Shown here: piece by piece, positions 44,537 through 53,744 of the stretch | Layout of the letters: every line of letters starts with the position of its first letter | Position numbering within the stretch: the stretch's first letter is position 1 | Source of the DNA: a virus | Lineage: Duplodnaviria > Caudoviricetes | Strand: one strand, 5' to 3' | Length of the DNA: 54,763 nucleotides | IMG/VR virus record: IMGVR_UViG_3300047284_000338 | Span: 1-54,763 of that record | Notes under the pieces: model-generated | Database searches by the model: none | What the model was told of the DNA's origin: nothing | What the model saw: the letters and a program-made list of their open reading frames with translations, nothing else | Position numbers and translations under genes: made by a program

Positions 44537-44751
44537 TTCTCCGGTCTTGGGGTATCAGGGAAGCCGCGCATGTTGCGCTGCTCGAACTGGACGATTTCGT
44601 TGATGGGATAGAGCACTCGACCGCCGGCTTTGAACCAGCGCGGACCGCGTTGTTGTGAACGCCAGTTGTCCAGCGTGCTGAGGCTGACGACATTGCGCCA
44701 GCGCTCCGCCAACTCACGCGGGGTCAGGTAAGTCTCACCAGACGGCATCAT
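44533..44751 (-). CDS. HTH DNA-binding protein, excisionase/AlpA-like
   Basis: YLTPRELAERW...STLDNWRSQQRGPRW.K.GGRVLYP. Confidence 0.8.
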   Translation of the reverse strand: MMPSGETYLTPRELAERWRNVVSLSTLDNWRSQQRGPRWFKAGGRVLYPINEIVQFEQRNMRGFPDTPRPEK

Positions 44752-45418
44752 CCGACTGTTCCTCCGAGATTTTCTGGTTCAGTTCACTCACAATCGACGC
44801 CGGCTGCTCGATCACCTGAACTGGCTCGATGTCGATCACCTCTTCTTGTGTTTTCATGCCAACCAGAAACTCGGGGACATAGAGACGCCCCCAGAAAGCA
44901 GCACTACGGTACCTGATCATCAGATCCGGCATCGTCGCCCATTTCGACCCCGTCTTGGACGCCCATCCCTCACGCTTGGCCATGGCCATGGTGACGACGG
45001 GACCCTTGAGGACCTTCTCCGTGGCAAGTTCAGTCGCGTACGCATAACAAGCAAGCGACTCATTCTCGCCAGTTATGTCATAGTCAAGCGGGGAAAATCG
45101 TCCGCAACCGTTGATCATCGCAATAATAAACTGCGACGACCAACTCGGGCGACCGTGGATGATGTGCAGGTTCTGCATAACCTGCAAGGGCGAAAGACTC
45201 ATCCGCCCAGCGATCTCCATCGCCACCAGCACGTTCGCGAGTCCGTTCTGACCTTGGTATTCCTTTGGTACGAGAGCGGACGATGCAAGAGCCTTGGCAA
45301 TCCTTTGTGCGTTTTCGAACTGCTGAATTCCGGTAAACACACCGGTCGTCGCGATGCTGCTGGAGCCCTGATTCTGGGCGCCAGTTGTTATAACAAGTTC
45401 GTTGGATTGGCTGGTCAT
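44735..45418 (-). CDS. RecT-like single-strand annealing protein
   Basis: LASSALVPKEYQ, SPLQVMQNLHIIHGRPSWSS, SKWATMPDLMIRYRSA; paired with the exonuclease. Confidence 0.75.
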   Translation of the reverse strand: MTSQSNELVITTGAQNQGSSSIATTGVFTGIQQFENAQRIAKALASSALVPKEYQGQNGLANVLVAMEIAGRMSLSPLQVMQNLHIIHGRPSWSSQFIIAMINGCGRFSPLDYDITGENESLACYAYATELATEKVLKGPVVTMAMAKREGWASKTGSKWATMPDLMIRYRSAAFWGRLYVPEFLVGMKTQEEVIDIEPVQVIEQPASIVSELNQKISEEQSDDAVW

Positions 45419-46239
45419 TAGAAACCTTCAATTTCATGGATTGGTGCGTCGGATTCATTGTTGAACCACGACGGCATAGTCAGAGCTTGGATCTCGTCGC
45501 CGTAGGCCGGCCACAGATTCTCAGCCCTGCATGTGGCGATTCGCCGCAGATCAGCTATGGCCTCGTCAAGACCGCGAGCCATGACATTTTCGGGCGTGGC
45601 GTATACCGCGCACGCATACGGAGCCTTCTTCTCGACGGCGATGAACACAAACTGCTCTGCGCTCAACCCCCTTCGATAAAATGCGGCCTGCACGTGGTAG
45701 CGATACTTGATCACCGAGCGGGCGAACCCTCGAGGACTCGCATCCTCGGTGGTCTTAACATCCGCGATCAGCCGGCGGTCGGCGCTGTGCCAGTCAGGCC
45801 GGCACTTGCAGTTCTCGCCGGTTTCCTCGTCAGTCCAGAAGTAGGACTGCTCGGCCATGCCCTGGGTGCGCAGGATCGCCCTGGCAGCCGGGTGTCGATG
45901 CACCGCGGCGGCCATCGCCTCGATCTGCGCAGCGTCCTCGGCCTTGAGGACCACCCTGCCCTCTGACTCTGCCTCGAAGTCTGCCCAGCGCAGCTTCCCT
46001 TCCTTGGTCCGGCGGTCGATGCCCTCCGGCGCGACGATGTATTCGTCGTCGAACAGGTGCGGCTCGAGCACCCGCGCATGCAGTGCTGAACCGATCACCA
46101 TGGCCGGTGTCGGCGGCTCGATCACCCGGTCGGGATTCAGGTAGCGGTTCCAGAAGTGCAGCGGTGAACGCCGGACCTGATCCAGACCGCTTTTCGATAC
46201 GGCAGGATGTGCGTGGTACTCGGCATTGGATAGCGTCAT
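45418..46239 (-). CDS. RecE/exonuclease VIII-like PD-(D/E)XK nuclease
   Basis: YHAHPAVSKSGL, GSALHARVLEP, CKCRPD, DVKTT, YHVQAAFY, FIAVEK. Confidence 0.9.
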   Translation of the reverse strand: MTLSNAEYHAHPAVSKSGLDQVRRSPLHFWNRYLNPDRVIEPPTPAMVIGSALHARVLEPHLFDDEYIVAPEGIDRRTKEGKLRWADFEAESEGRVVLKAEDAAQIEAMAAAVHRHPAARAILRTQGMAEQSYFWTDEETGENCKCRPDWHSADRRLIADVKTTEDASPRGFARSVIKYRYHVQAAFYRRGLSAEQFVFIAVEKKAPYACAVYATPENVMARGLDEAIADLRRIATCRAENLWPAYGDEIQALTMPSWFNNESDAPIHEIEGF

Positions 46240-46397
46240 AGGCTGAACAGGCGCCTGTGGACGAAAGCTTACCGCTAGTTCACGCACGTTCAGCCCCCTT
46301 TGTGACAATTCTTCAAGTTTCGCGGTTTTTACCGCTTAAGTGCTTATGCTTGCTTGGTTTTTCGTTTTATCCATTGCTGGCCACAGCGGTCAAGACC

Positions 46398-47762
46398 ATG
46401 CTTAGACCCCGTCAACAGAAAGCCATTGCCGATGTCAGAGCCGCCTACCGGGCCGGCTACCGTGCGCCGCTCCTGTGCGCAGCCACTGGTTTCGGCAAGA
46501 CTCACACAGCAGCTGAGATCATCAAATCAGCTGTCGAACGCGGCAATGACGTTTGGTTTCTTGCGCATTTGCGCGAGATTCTGGATGACACCGCCCGTCG
46601 TCTTGATGCAGCCGGCATCCCGCACGGCTTCATCATGGCCGGCATGCCGCGCAACCCGTTTCAGCCCGTGCAAATTGTGTCGGTGCAGACCGCCGTCCGT
46701 CGGCCAGTGGTCCGCAAACCCGGTCTGATCATCGTCGACGAGTGCCACCTGGCCGTCGCCGACACCTACAAGAAGGTATTGGCCGCCGCCGGCAATCCGC
46801 CAATACTGGGCCTCACCGGCACGCCCTGCCGTCTCGATGGCCGTGGCCTGGGTGAGCTGTTCGACACGATCATCCCCACCTGCTCCACCGGCGAGCTGAT
46901 CGACGAGGGCCTGCTCGCCCCGATCCGCTACTACGCCCCCACCAAGCCAGACTTGACCGGCATCCGCTCACAGGCGGGTGACTACGCCCTCGATCAGCTG
47001 GCCGAGGCCGTCGACAAGCCCTCCATCATCGGTGACGCCGTTGCTCACTACCGCAAATACGCCCACGGTCGCCGTGCAGTCGCCTTCTGCGTCAACATCC
47101 GGCACGCCGAACACACCGCTGCTGCCTTTACCCAGGCCGGCTACCGCGCTGTCGCCATCTCCGGGAAGTCGACCCGCGAAGAGCGCCAGGCCGCGCTGAC
47201 GGGCCTGCGCAACGGCACCCTCGACGTCGTCGCCAACTGCGCCCTCTGGGTCGCCGGCGTCGACTGCCCTGAGATCGGCTGCGTCATCCTCCTGCGACCC
47301 ACCAAGTCGCTGACCATGTACCTGCAGTCGGTCGGTCGTGGTTTGCGAACAGCACCTGGCAAGCGCGATCTGGTCGTCCTAGACCACGCAAGCTGCGTGT
47401 TTACCCATGGCCTGCCCCAGGATCCCAGAGAATGGACGCTCGACGCCAAGCCCAAGCGAGCTGGCAAACTGCCTCCTGTTCGTGAATGTCCGTCCTGTTT
47501 TGCCTGTCATCCTCCAGCTCCTGTTTGCCCCGCTTGTGGCCATGAATACCAACGCGACCCGGTGGCATCTGGACCTGAAGAACGCGACGGCGAGCTGGTG
47601 GAGGTGGATCCTGCAGCTTTACGCCGTCAGCGGAATCGGGAGCAGGCTTCAGCGCAATCGCTTGAGCAGCTGATCGAGATCGGCCGCCGCCGAGGCATGA
47701 AGTACCCCGAGGGCTGGGCCCGGCACATCCTCGCTGCGCGACAGCGCAAGCGAGCAGCATGA
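46398..47762 (+). CDS. SF2 DEAD/DEAH helicase with C-terminal zinc ribbon
   Basis: LRPRQ, ATGFGKT, IVDECH, GLTGTP, LRPTKSLTMYLQSVGRGLR, CPSC..CPACG. Confidence 0.93.
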   Translation: MLRPRQQKAIADVRAAYRAGYRAPLLCAATGFGKTHTAAEIIKSAVERGNDVWFLAHLREILDDTARRLDAAGIPHGFIMAGMPRNPFQPVQIVSVQTAVRRPVVRKPGLIIVDECHLAVADTYKKVLAAAGNPPILGLTGTPCRLDGRGLGELFDTIIPTCSTGELIDEGLLAPIRYYAPTKPDLTGIRSQAGDYALDQLAEAVDKPSIIGDAVAHYRKYAHGRRAVAFCVNIRHAEHTAAAFTQAGYRAVAISGKSTREERQAALTGLRNGTLDVVANCALWVAGVDCPEIGCVILLRPTKSLTMYLQSVGRGLRTAPGKRDLVVLDHASCVFTHGLPQDPREWTLDAKPKRAGKLPPVRECPSCFACHPPAPVCPACGHEYQRDPVASGPEERDGELVEVDPAALRRQRNREQASAQSLEQLIEIGRRRGMKYPEGWARHILAARQRKRAA

Positions 47763-47787
47763 TGGAACCCGAGCCCTGCCCAGACTT

Positions 47788-48159
47788 GTGGCGAACCAGG
47801 AAACCGAAATCCAGCAGCGGATCCGCCTCGCAGTTGGCGCTCTTCCCGGCGTTCGGTTCTGGCGCAACAACTCAGGCAAGCTCCCAGATCCCCGCACCGG
47901 GCGCTGGGTCCAGTTCGGCGTCGCCTCGCCCGGCGGATCCGACCTCATCGGCTACCGCACGGTCACCATCACCCCCGACATGGTCGGCCGCAAAGTCGCA
48001 GTCATTTGCGCCCTCGAGATCAAGACCGCTACCGGCCGGGCCACACCCGAGCAGCGGTGCTTCCTCGACCACATCCGCGCCGCCGGTGGCATCTCCGCCA
48101 TCGTCCGATCACCAGCCGAAGCGTTGCGAATTGCAACAGAAGCCTTCCGAGGTGTCTGA
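47788..48159 (+). CDS. VRR-NUC domain nuclease
   Basis: ETEIQQRI, WRNNSG, GGSDLIG, LEIKTATGRATPEQ..F. Confidence 0.88.
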   Translation: MANQETEIQQRIRLAVGALPGVRFWRNNSGKLPDPRTGRWVQFGVASPGGSDLIGYRTVTITPDMVGRKVAVICALEIKTATGRATPEQRCFLDHIRAAGGISAIVRSPAEALRIATEAFRGV

Positions 48160-48278
48160 CGACCTGCGACGCTTCTTTCGCAAGCTCGCCGATCTGTTCC
48201 CAGAACCGACCGAAGACGAGATGAAATGTGTGGGTCCGCGTGGGGGAGCGCAGACCCAGCCCCTTTCCCTGCAGAGAC

Positions 48279-50954
48279 ATGCAAATCGTACCGCCCAACT
48301 TTGACGCCGCTCGTCAGTTTCTTGCTGCGCTCGGTAAGCCCAAAGGCTCTATCCGCCTGCGTGGCTTCTATGCTAAGACCGACCCGCGCAAGGCTGAAGA
48401 CAAGGGTGCCAAGGGTGAGCCCACCAAGGCGCTCGTCGACGCATGGGTGGCCGACGGCCGAGGCGTCTACGTCGTCGTCAACAACGGCGGCGACAAGGAC
48501 GCCGACATCACCGACTGCATCGCCCTGTTCTGCGAATGGGACGATCGCCCCAAGGACTGGCAGGTCACGGCCTGGCAGGGCCTCGGGCTCCCGGAGCCCA
48601 GTATCCAGGTCGACACCGGTGGCAAGTCCATCCACTCCTACTGGGTGCTCTCAGAGCCGGTGACGCCCGACGTCTGGAAGACCCTCCAGACCCGGCTGCT
48701 CGAGCACGCAGATGCCGACCGCCAGCTCAAGAATCCCTCCCGGGTCATGCGGCTGCCCGGCACCCCGCACCCGGAGACCGGTGAGCTCGCCGCGATCATC
48801 CATCTCAGCGACAGCCGCTACTCGATCGACGAGCTCGCCGCCTGCATCCCCGAGCTGGTCGTCGACAAGCGCATCGAGCAGGCCCGCACCTTCACCGACT
48901 ACGAGGTCCAGGGCTTCGACGAGATACACAAGGCTCTCGCCTGCATCCCGCCCAGGGTGCCCGGCGGCGGCACCTACCCGATGTACCGCAACATCCTCTG
49001 GGGCCTGATCAGGGCCTGCCACGAGGCCGGCGCATCGGCCGACACCGCCGTCTCGATGATGGCCAACCACAGCCCGCAGTGGCACGGCGTCGACCAGGTG
49101 GCCCGCTCCGGCGGCGCTGACGTCTCGGCTGGCACCTTCTGGTACTGGGCCCGGGAGCACGGCTACCGCCAACCGCGCAAGGTCCGGCCCGGGCCGCCCG
49201 AGCTGCGCAACTTGCCCCCCAACTTGCCTCCCAAGCCTGCTCCGGGGCCTGCTGAAACTCGAGCGCCAGAGCCCGATCTCAGCGATCCTGCTCCCGATTC
49301 AGGGCCGGCATCTTCCCTCCCATTTCGCCCCCTTGGTTTCGATCACGGGGTCTACTTCTACCTGCCCAAGCACGGCGGCCAGGTCGTCGAGCTCACCGCC
49401 GCCCAGCACAACAAGTCCCACTTCCTGCAGCTCGCGCCCCTCGAGTGGTGGGCCGGTGGATTCGCCGACGAGCGCGGCCGGATCGACTGGGACTCGGCGC
49501 AGAACGCAATCATGGGGTCCTGCATCGGCCAGGGCGTCTACAACCCCGACCGGATCCGTGGCCGCGGCGCCTGGACCGATGCCGACCGGGTGATCTTCCA
49601 CCTCGGCAACCGCATGATGATCGATGGCCGGTCGCACCCCATCACCAAGCTGCCCGGCAGCTTCAAGAGCTACTACTTCTACGAGAACTCGAAGGAGCTC
49701 CTGGGGCCCGCCAGCAATCCGCTTGATGACGCCGCCGCCTTCCAGGCCCGCTGCATCGCTGAGCGCTTCCGCTGGGAGACGCCCGCCTCGGCCAACATGC
49801 TGCTCGGCTGGATCGTCCTGGCGCCTGTCTGCGGTGCCCTCGACTGGCGGCCACACATCTGGGTCACCGGGGGTGCTGGCACCGGCAAGACCACGGTTCT
49901 GAAGCTGTTCATGAAGCCGCTGCTCGGTGGCATCTACCAAGCCGCCACCGGTGGCACCACCGAGGCCGGATTGCGCGGCACCCTCAAGTCCGACGCCATC
50001 CCCGTCGTGTTCGACGAGTTCGAGCAAAATGAGGCCCGCGACAAGGCCATCGTTCAGAACGTTTTGTCGCTCGCACGCATTGCCTCGTCCGAAGGCGGAC
50101 GCATCATCAAGGGCACCACATCGGGTGGCGCGAACTCGTTCGAGGTGCGCTCCATGTTCTGCGTTTCGTCCATCAATGTGGCCCTCTTTCAGAAGGCCGA
50201 CCTCGATCGTTTCTGCGTCCTGCCGCTGCGCAAGGACCACATGCCGAAGGACGACTGGACCAAGTTCGAGGCCGAGATCATCGAGCTCGCAACGGTCGAA
50301 AACGGCCGCAGATTGATCGCCCGCACGCTGCAGCAGATCCCCACCATCAAGGCCAATGCGAAGGTGCTCGCCCGGGCCCTGTCGCACCGGTTCGGGCAGC
50401 GCTTCGGTGATCAGCACGGCACCCTGCTCGCCGGCGCCTGGAGCCTCGAGGCCGGCGGCGGTGGCCTGCTGTCGCTCGAGATGGCCAAGGAGTGGATCGA
50501 CCAGATGGACTGGGAGACCCGGGACGGCGACGAGAGCGACGCAGACGAGCTCAAGTGCCGGGACTCAATCCTCCAGCACCTGGTCGACTACAGCACCGGC
50601 CAGAAGGCCCAGCTGGGCGAGCTGGTGACCTGTGTCGCACGGTGCGTCTCACTGAGAGGCGTGCCCTACGACGACCTCGGCCAGATCCTGGGCCGGTGGG
50701 GGCTGAAGGTCTACCGGCGCGGCATCGACCGGCTCCCGGGAACCGAGCAGGCCTGCCCCAGTCACATGCTCGCTGTGGCCCACAACAACCGCCAGCTGGC
50801 CACGATCTTCAAGGACACCCAGTGGTCCAACAACGCTCACCGGGCGTCGCTGAAGCGGCTGCCTGGTGCGGAGGTGACGAAGTCCCCGATCTGGTTCGCC
50901 GGCGTCGGGATGCAACGCGCAACCTTGGTCCCATTTGAGACAGCTGAGACGTAG
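48279..50954 (+). CDS. Primase-helicase (RepB-like primase, PriCT-2, P-loop ATPase)
   Basis: LFCEWD, DTGGKSIHSYW, KNPSRVMRLPG; GTFWYWA PriCT; GGAGTGKT and VFDEFE. Confidence 0.85.
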   Translation: MQIVPPNFDAARQFLAALGKPKGSIRLRGFYAKTDPRKAEDKGAKGEPTKALVDAWVADGRGVYVVVNNGGDKDADITDCIALFCEWDDRPKDWQVTAWQGLGLPEPSIQVDTGGKSIHSYWVLSEPVTPDVWKTLQTRLLEHADADRQLKNPSRVMRLPGTPHPETGELAAIIHLSDSRYSIDELAACIPELVVDKRIEQARTFTDYEVQGFDEIHKALACIPPRVPGGGTYPMYRNILWGLIRACHEAGASADTAVSMMANHSPQWHGVDQVARSGGADVSAGTFWYWAREHGYRQPRKVRPGPPELRNLPPNLPPKPAPGPAETRAPEPDLSDPAPDSGPASSLPFRPLGFDHGVYFYLPKHGGQVVELTAAQHNKSHFLQLAPLEWWAGGFADERGRIDWDSAQNAIMGSCIGQGVYNPDRIRGRGAWTDADRVIFHLGNRMMIDGRSHPITKLPGSFKSYYFYENSKELLGPASNPLDDAAAFQARCIAERFRWETPASANMLLGWIVLAPVCGALDWRPHIWVTGGAGTGKTTVLKLFMKPLLGGIYQAATGGTTEAGLRGTLKSDAIPVVFDEFEQNEARDKAIVQNVLSLARIASSEGGRIIKGTTSGGANSFEVRSMFCVSSINVALFQKADLDRFCVLPLRKDHMPKDDWTKFEAEIIELATVENGRRLIARTLQQIPTIKANAKVLARALSHRFGQRFGDQHGTLLAGAWSLEAGGGGLLSLEMAKEWIDQMDWETRDGDESDADELKCRDSILQHLVDYSTGQKAQLGELVTCVARCVSLRGVPYDDLGQILGRWGLKVYRRGIDRLPGTEQACPSHMLAVAHNNRQLATIFKDTQWSNNAHRASLKRLPGAEVTKSPIWFAGVGMQRATLVPFETAET

Positions 50955-51230
50955 CGCCATACGGCCCTACGGTGCAAAACGCACCCCCTGTATGCCCGAG
51001 ATTCCTTCCAGCGCAAGGGGTCTCGGGCTTCCTTACGGACCATACGGTTTTTCCCGGAGAAACACCCATAGACATATAGGGCCCCATAGGGGGTACCCCT
51101 CTGAAAAACCAAATCTCTATTATTATTATTTCTTGTATGGAGTGTATGGTGGTGTAAGGGGCCAGTCGTAGCAACGGTTTTCGGCCATACGCCTCCCATA
51201 CGATTTTCGAGAACCCGTAGGGCGTAGGCT
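50955..51230. other. Putative replication origin
   Basis: Iteron-like CC(A/C/T)TACG repeats around an AT-rich tract (51104-51136), directly after the primase-helicase gene. Confidence 0.55.
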
Positions 51231-51236
51231 TTTGGC

Positions 51237-51449
51237 ATGCCCAAGCCCGCCCCCGACCAGCAGCGCCTGGCTGCAGACCCCACCAGATGGCCCGTGCTGG
51301 CCCGTGGAGCGGCCGTGAAGGTCTACATGGGCCACGGATGGGCCTCAGGCACCTGGGACGGCCTCCAGGGCCCCTGTGGGCGCGTCTGGCTGGCCCGGGA
51401 GCAGCGCACGGTCATCGTCCGGGATGCGCGGAACGTCAGGGCTGGCTAA
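51237..51449 (+). CDS. Hypothetical protein (SH3-like)
   Basis: VKVYMGHGWASGT...VIVRDARNV. Confidence 0.55.
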   Translation: MPKPAPDQQRLAADPTRWPVLARGAAVKVYMGHGWASGTWDGLQGPCGRVWLAREQRTVIVRDARNVRAG

Positions 51450-51513
51450 GCTGGCCCTGGAATCCCTTACGGAGCCCTGGTCTTCTCTGGGGCTCTTTTC
51501 GTAGGAGGCGGCA

Positions 51514-52293
51514 ATGGCGATCGAGTGGTCCGGCAGTGGCATGTTCCGCCAGGGGTCGATCACGTTCGACGCCGACGCGGTGGTCAGCAACCTGGACATC
51601 ATCCGCCGGGTCCAAATGCCGTTCGTGATGAGCTACGCGCTCAACAAGCTCGGCCCGGTCCTGCAGGCTGCCCACCGAGGCGAGATGCAGCGGGTGTTTC
51701 GCAACCCGGTGCCCTTCACGCTCAACTCGATCTTTTACACAAAGTCCGACAAACAGAAGCTCTACAGTTACATTGGGGTCAAAGAATTTGGCGCCAAAGG
51801 TAACCCAGCTTCGAAGTATCTGTTTCCGCAAGTCAAGGAGGCAGGGGCTGGCAGCAAGCAGGTTTATGACACGCGATTTTCGAAAGCTCTCGCGCACCGG
51901 GGATTTACACCCACCGGGTCGTACATGTTCGGCATTCGCAAAAGCGATGCCGCTCGGCTCATCAACGGCCGGATCTTACCTGGTCAATACACTCAGGTGC
52001 TTTTTGCTATCGGAGCCTATAGCAATGACACCTACACCGGTCGACGCTATGCCGATGCAAAGCGCCCACCGAAGAAGGAATACTTCATGGCCAAGCCAGG
52101 CAACCGCTCGGGCCTGAAGCCTGGCATCTACCGGCGCTCGGGGCGCGACATCAAAATGCTGTTCAAGTACATGCCGACGCCGCCCAGCGTGAAGACCCGC
52201 TACGACTTCTACGGGCTCACCGACCGGGTGGCCAGGGTCGAATTCCCCAAGCTGGTGTTTGGCAAGCTCAAGGACGTCATGGGCGGCCGTTGA
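51514..52293 (+). CDS. Putative tail-completion/neck (gpZ-like) protein
   Basis: QMPFVMSYALN...MQRVFRNPVPFTLNS...YLFPQV pattern; no other gpZ candidate in the structural block. Confidence 0.55.
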   Translation: MAIEWSGSGMFRQGSITFDADAVVSNLDIIRRVQMPFVMSYALNKLGPVLQAAHRGEMQRVFRNPVPFTLNSIFYTKSDKQKLYSYIGVKEFGAKGNPASKYLFPQVKEAGAGSKQVYDTRFSKALAHRGFTPTGSYMFGIRKSDAARLINGRILPGQYTQVLFAIGAYSNDTYTGRRYADAKRPPKKEYFMAKPGNRSGLKPGIYRRSGRDIKMLFKYMPTPPSVKTRYDFYGLTDRVARVEFPKLVFGKLKDVMGGR

Positions 52294-52324
52294 CGGTCGC
52301 GTTGCCATCGGTTACAGATGGCGC

Positions 52325-52525
52325 ATGACACAGCAAGAGCTCGTTGCCTTCCGGGAGCGCCTGGGTCTGACCCAGCAGGAGCTAGCCGATCGGCTCGGTG
52401 TTGACCGCGTCACCATCGCCCGTTGGGAGACGGGGGCCCGGGCCATTCCCGCTTTCCTGGGCCTGGCGCTCGAGACCGTCGAGCGGCGCGTCACCGGCCG
52501 GGGCCGGCGGGGTTCGGGCTCCTAG
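52325..52525 (+). CDS. XRE-family HTH regulator
   Basis: RERLGLTQQELADRLGVDRVTIARWETG. Confidence 0.9.
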   Translation: MTQQELVAFRERLGLTQQELADRLGVDRVTIARWETGARAIPAFLGLALETVERRVTGRGRRGSGS

Positions 52526-52576
52526 GTAACGATTTGTAACGGCGCCAGCCTGTGGCGGCCGGCCGAGGTTTACGGT
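52526..52576 (+). promoter_or_regulatory. Promoter with HLR1-like direct repeat
   Basis: GTAAC at 52526 and 52536 (10-bp period); TACGGT at 52571. Confidence 0.6.
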
Positions 52577-52600
52577 TCTGGGGTCTTCGACGCTTACCCC

Positions 52601-52924
52601 ATGACCATCCGTTCCTACGCCCCCACCGGCAGCATCGGCAAGCGCCTGGCCCGGGCCAAGCGGCTGCAGTCCCAGATCCAGCAGCTCGAGGCCGAGCTGT
52701 CTGCTGATCGTGAGTTCCTGCTGGCCCACATGGAGCGCAACCGGCTCGACCGGATCGAGACCCAGGGCCTGATGGTGGTGCGCAAGGTGCGCCACAACTG
52801 GAGCTATTCGGCGGTCTGCGACAACCTGAGCCTGCAGCTCCGGCAGCTGCAGCTGGACGAGCAGAGCCTGGGCGTCGCTCAGGATCGGCCGCGGTCCTAC
52901 GTCAGTCTCACCGCAGTCTCGTGA
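52601..52924 (+). CDS. Hypothetical coiled-coil protein
   Basis: ORF after the putative promoter. Confidence 0.6.
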   Translation: MTIRSYAPTGSIGKRLARAKRLQSQIQQLEAELSADREFLLAHMERNRLDRIETQGLMVVRKVRHNWSYSAVCDNLSLQLRQLQLDEQSLGVAQDRPRSYVSLTAVS

Positions 52925-53118
52925 TTGGACTCGTGCTACTGGCCCAGCTCGGCCAGCCGGTGCCGCAGGTCGGCGCCTGCCCTCTCGGCTACTACACCCA
53001 GGGTCGCTACTGCGTGCCGGCGCCTCGGGCCCGGCAGGAAGCGGTGCAGCGACTGTCCGTGCAATGCCCGTACGGCTGGCTCAGCCAGGGCAGCTACTGC
53101 GTTCGTGACAGTTTGTAA
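52921..53118 (+). CDS. Small Cys-repeat protein with hydrophobic N-terminus
   Basis: CPLGYYTQGRYCV / CPYGWLSQGSYCV repeats. Confidence 0.65.
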   Translation: MIGLVLLAQLGQPVPQVGACPLGYYTQGRYCVPAPRARQEAVQRLSVQCPYGWLSQGSYCVRDSL

Positions 53119-53155
53119 CGAAGGGGCGGCCCTGGTTCCGGGAGCCGCCTACCAT
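53105..53155 (+). promoter_or_regulatory. Promoter with HLR1-like direct repeat
   Basis: GTGAC-agttt-GTAAC; TACCAT at 53150. Confidence 0.6.
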
Positions 53156-53197
53156 TTGCACATCGGCCACCGGGCCGCCTTTTATCCCTTGCCCGTC

Positions 53198-53449
53198 ATG
53201 CTCCGCTTTGAAGTCGGCCAGACCTACTACGGCAGCCTGGCCTGCGCCCACAGCTCCTTTCCGGTGATCTGCGTCAAGCGCACCGAGAAGACCGTCTGGT
53301 TCGAACACGCCACCCTTCCTCACGCCTACGGTCCTGCCCGCAGCCGGGTTCGCACCTGGACCGATGGCAGCGAGAGCGCCAGCTTCCACCGCTGGTACAT
53401 CGCGGCTGATGCGGTGCGCGACAACGGCTGGGACATGCAGTTCGCCTGA
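53198..53449 (+). CDS. Hypothetical protein
   Basis: MLRFEVGQTY...VKRTEKTV. Confidence 0.6.
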   Translation: MLRFEVGQTYYGSLACAHSSFPVICVKRTEKTVWFEHATLPHAYGPARSRVRTWTDGSESASFHRWYIAADAVRDNGWDMQFA

Positions 53450-53451
53450 GT

Positions 53452-53501
53452 GTTTCAGTCCGTAACGAAACCGGCCCTACCAGCCGGCGCTCATCTATTC
53501 T
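53452..53501 (+). promoter_or_regulatory. Promoter with degenerate HLR1-like repeat
   Basis: GTTTC-agtcc-GTAAC; TATTCT at 53496. Confidence 0.5.
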
Positions 53502-53528
53502 CAGATCAAGCCAAACGGCCTTTATCCC

Positions 53529-53744
53529 ATGACCACCCTGAATCAAGTTCGCGACTACGCCCAGCGCGTGATCAAGGCCCTGCACATCGCGGGCTGGCAC
53601 GTCGAAGCCTTTGGGCTCAGCAATGACCTGCACAGCATCGGCTACCAGCCTTTGCGCAAGGACTACCTGATGGTGCTCGACGACGCCGAGCGCCTGGCTG
53701 ATGCACTGCTGGCCAACGATCACCCCGCGCCGGTGTTGGCATGA
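53529..53744 (+). CDS. Hypothetical protein
   Basis: ATG after TTTATCCC leader. Confidence 0.55.
   Translation: MTTLNQVRDYAQRVIKALHIAGWHVEAFGLSNDLHSIGYQPLRKDYLMVLDDAERLADALLANDHPAPVLA

Noticed and set aside
47759-48304. 181-aa ORF overlapping the VRR-NUC gene
   Set aside because: Low-complexity alternative frame; at most its last ~50 codons could be a real small gene
52325-52525. CI-type master repressor
   Set aside because: HTH only (66 aa), with no peptidase domain and no divergent cro arrangement; kept as a generic XRE regulator
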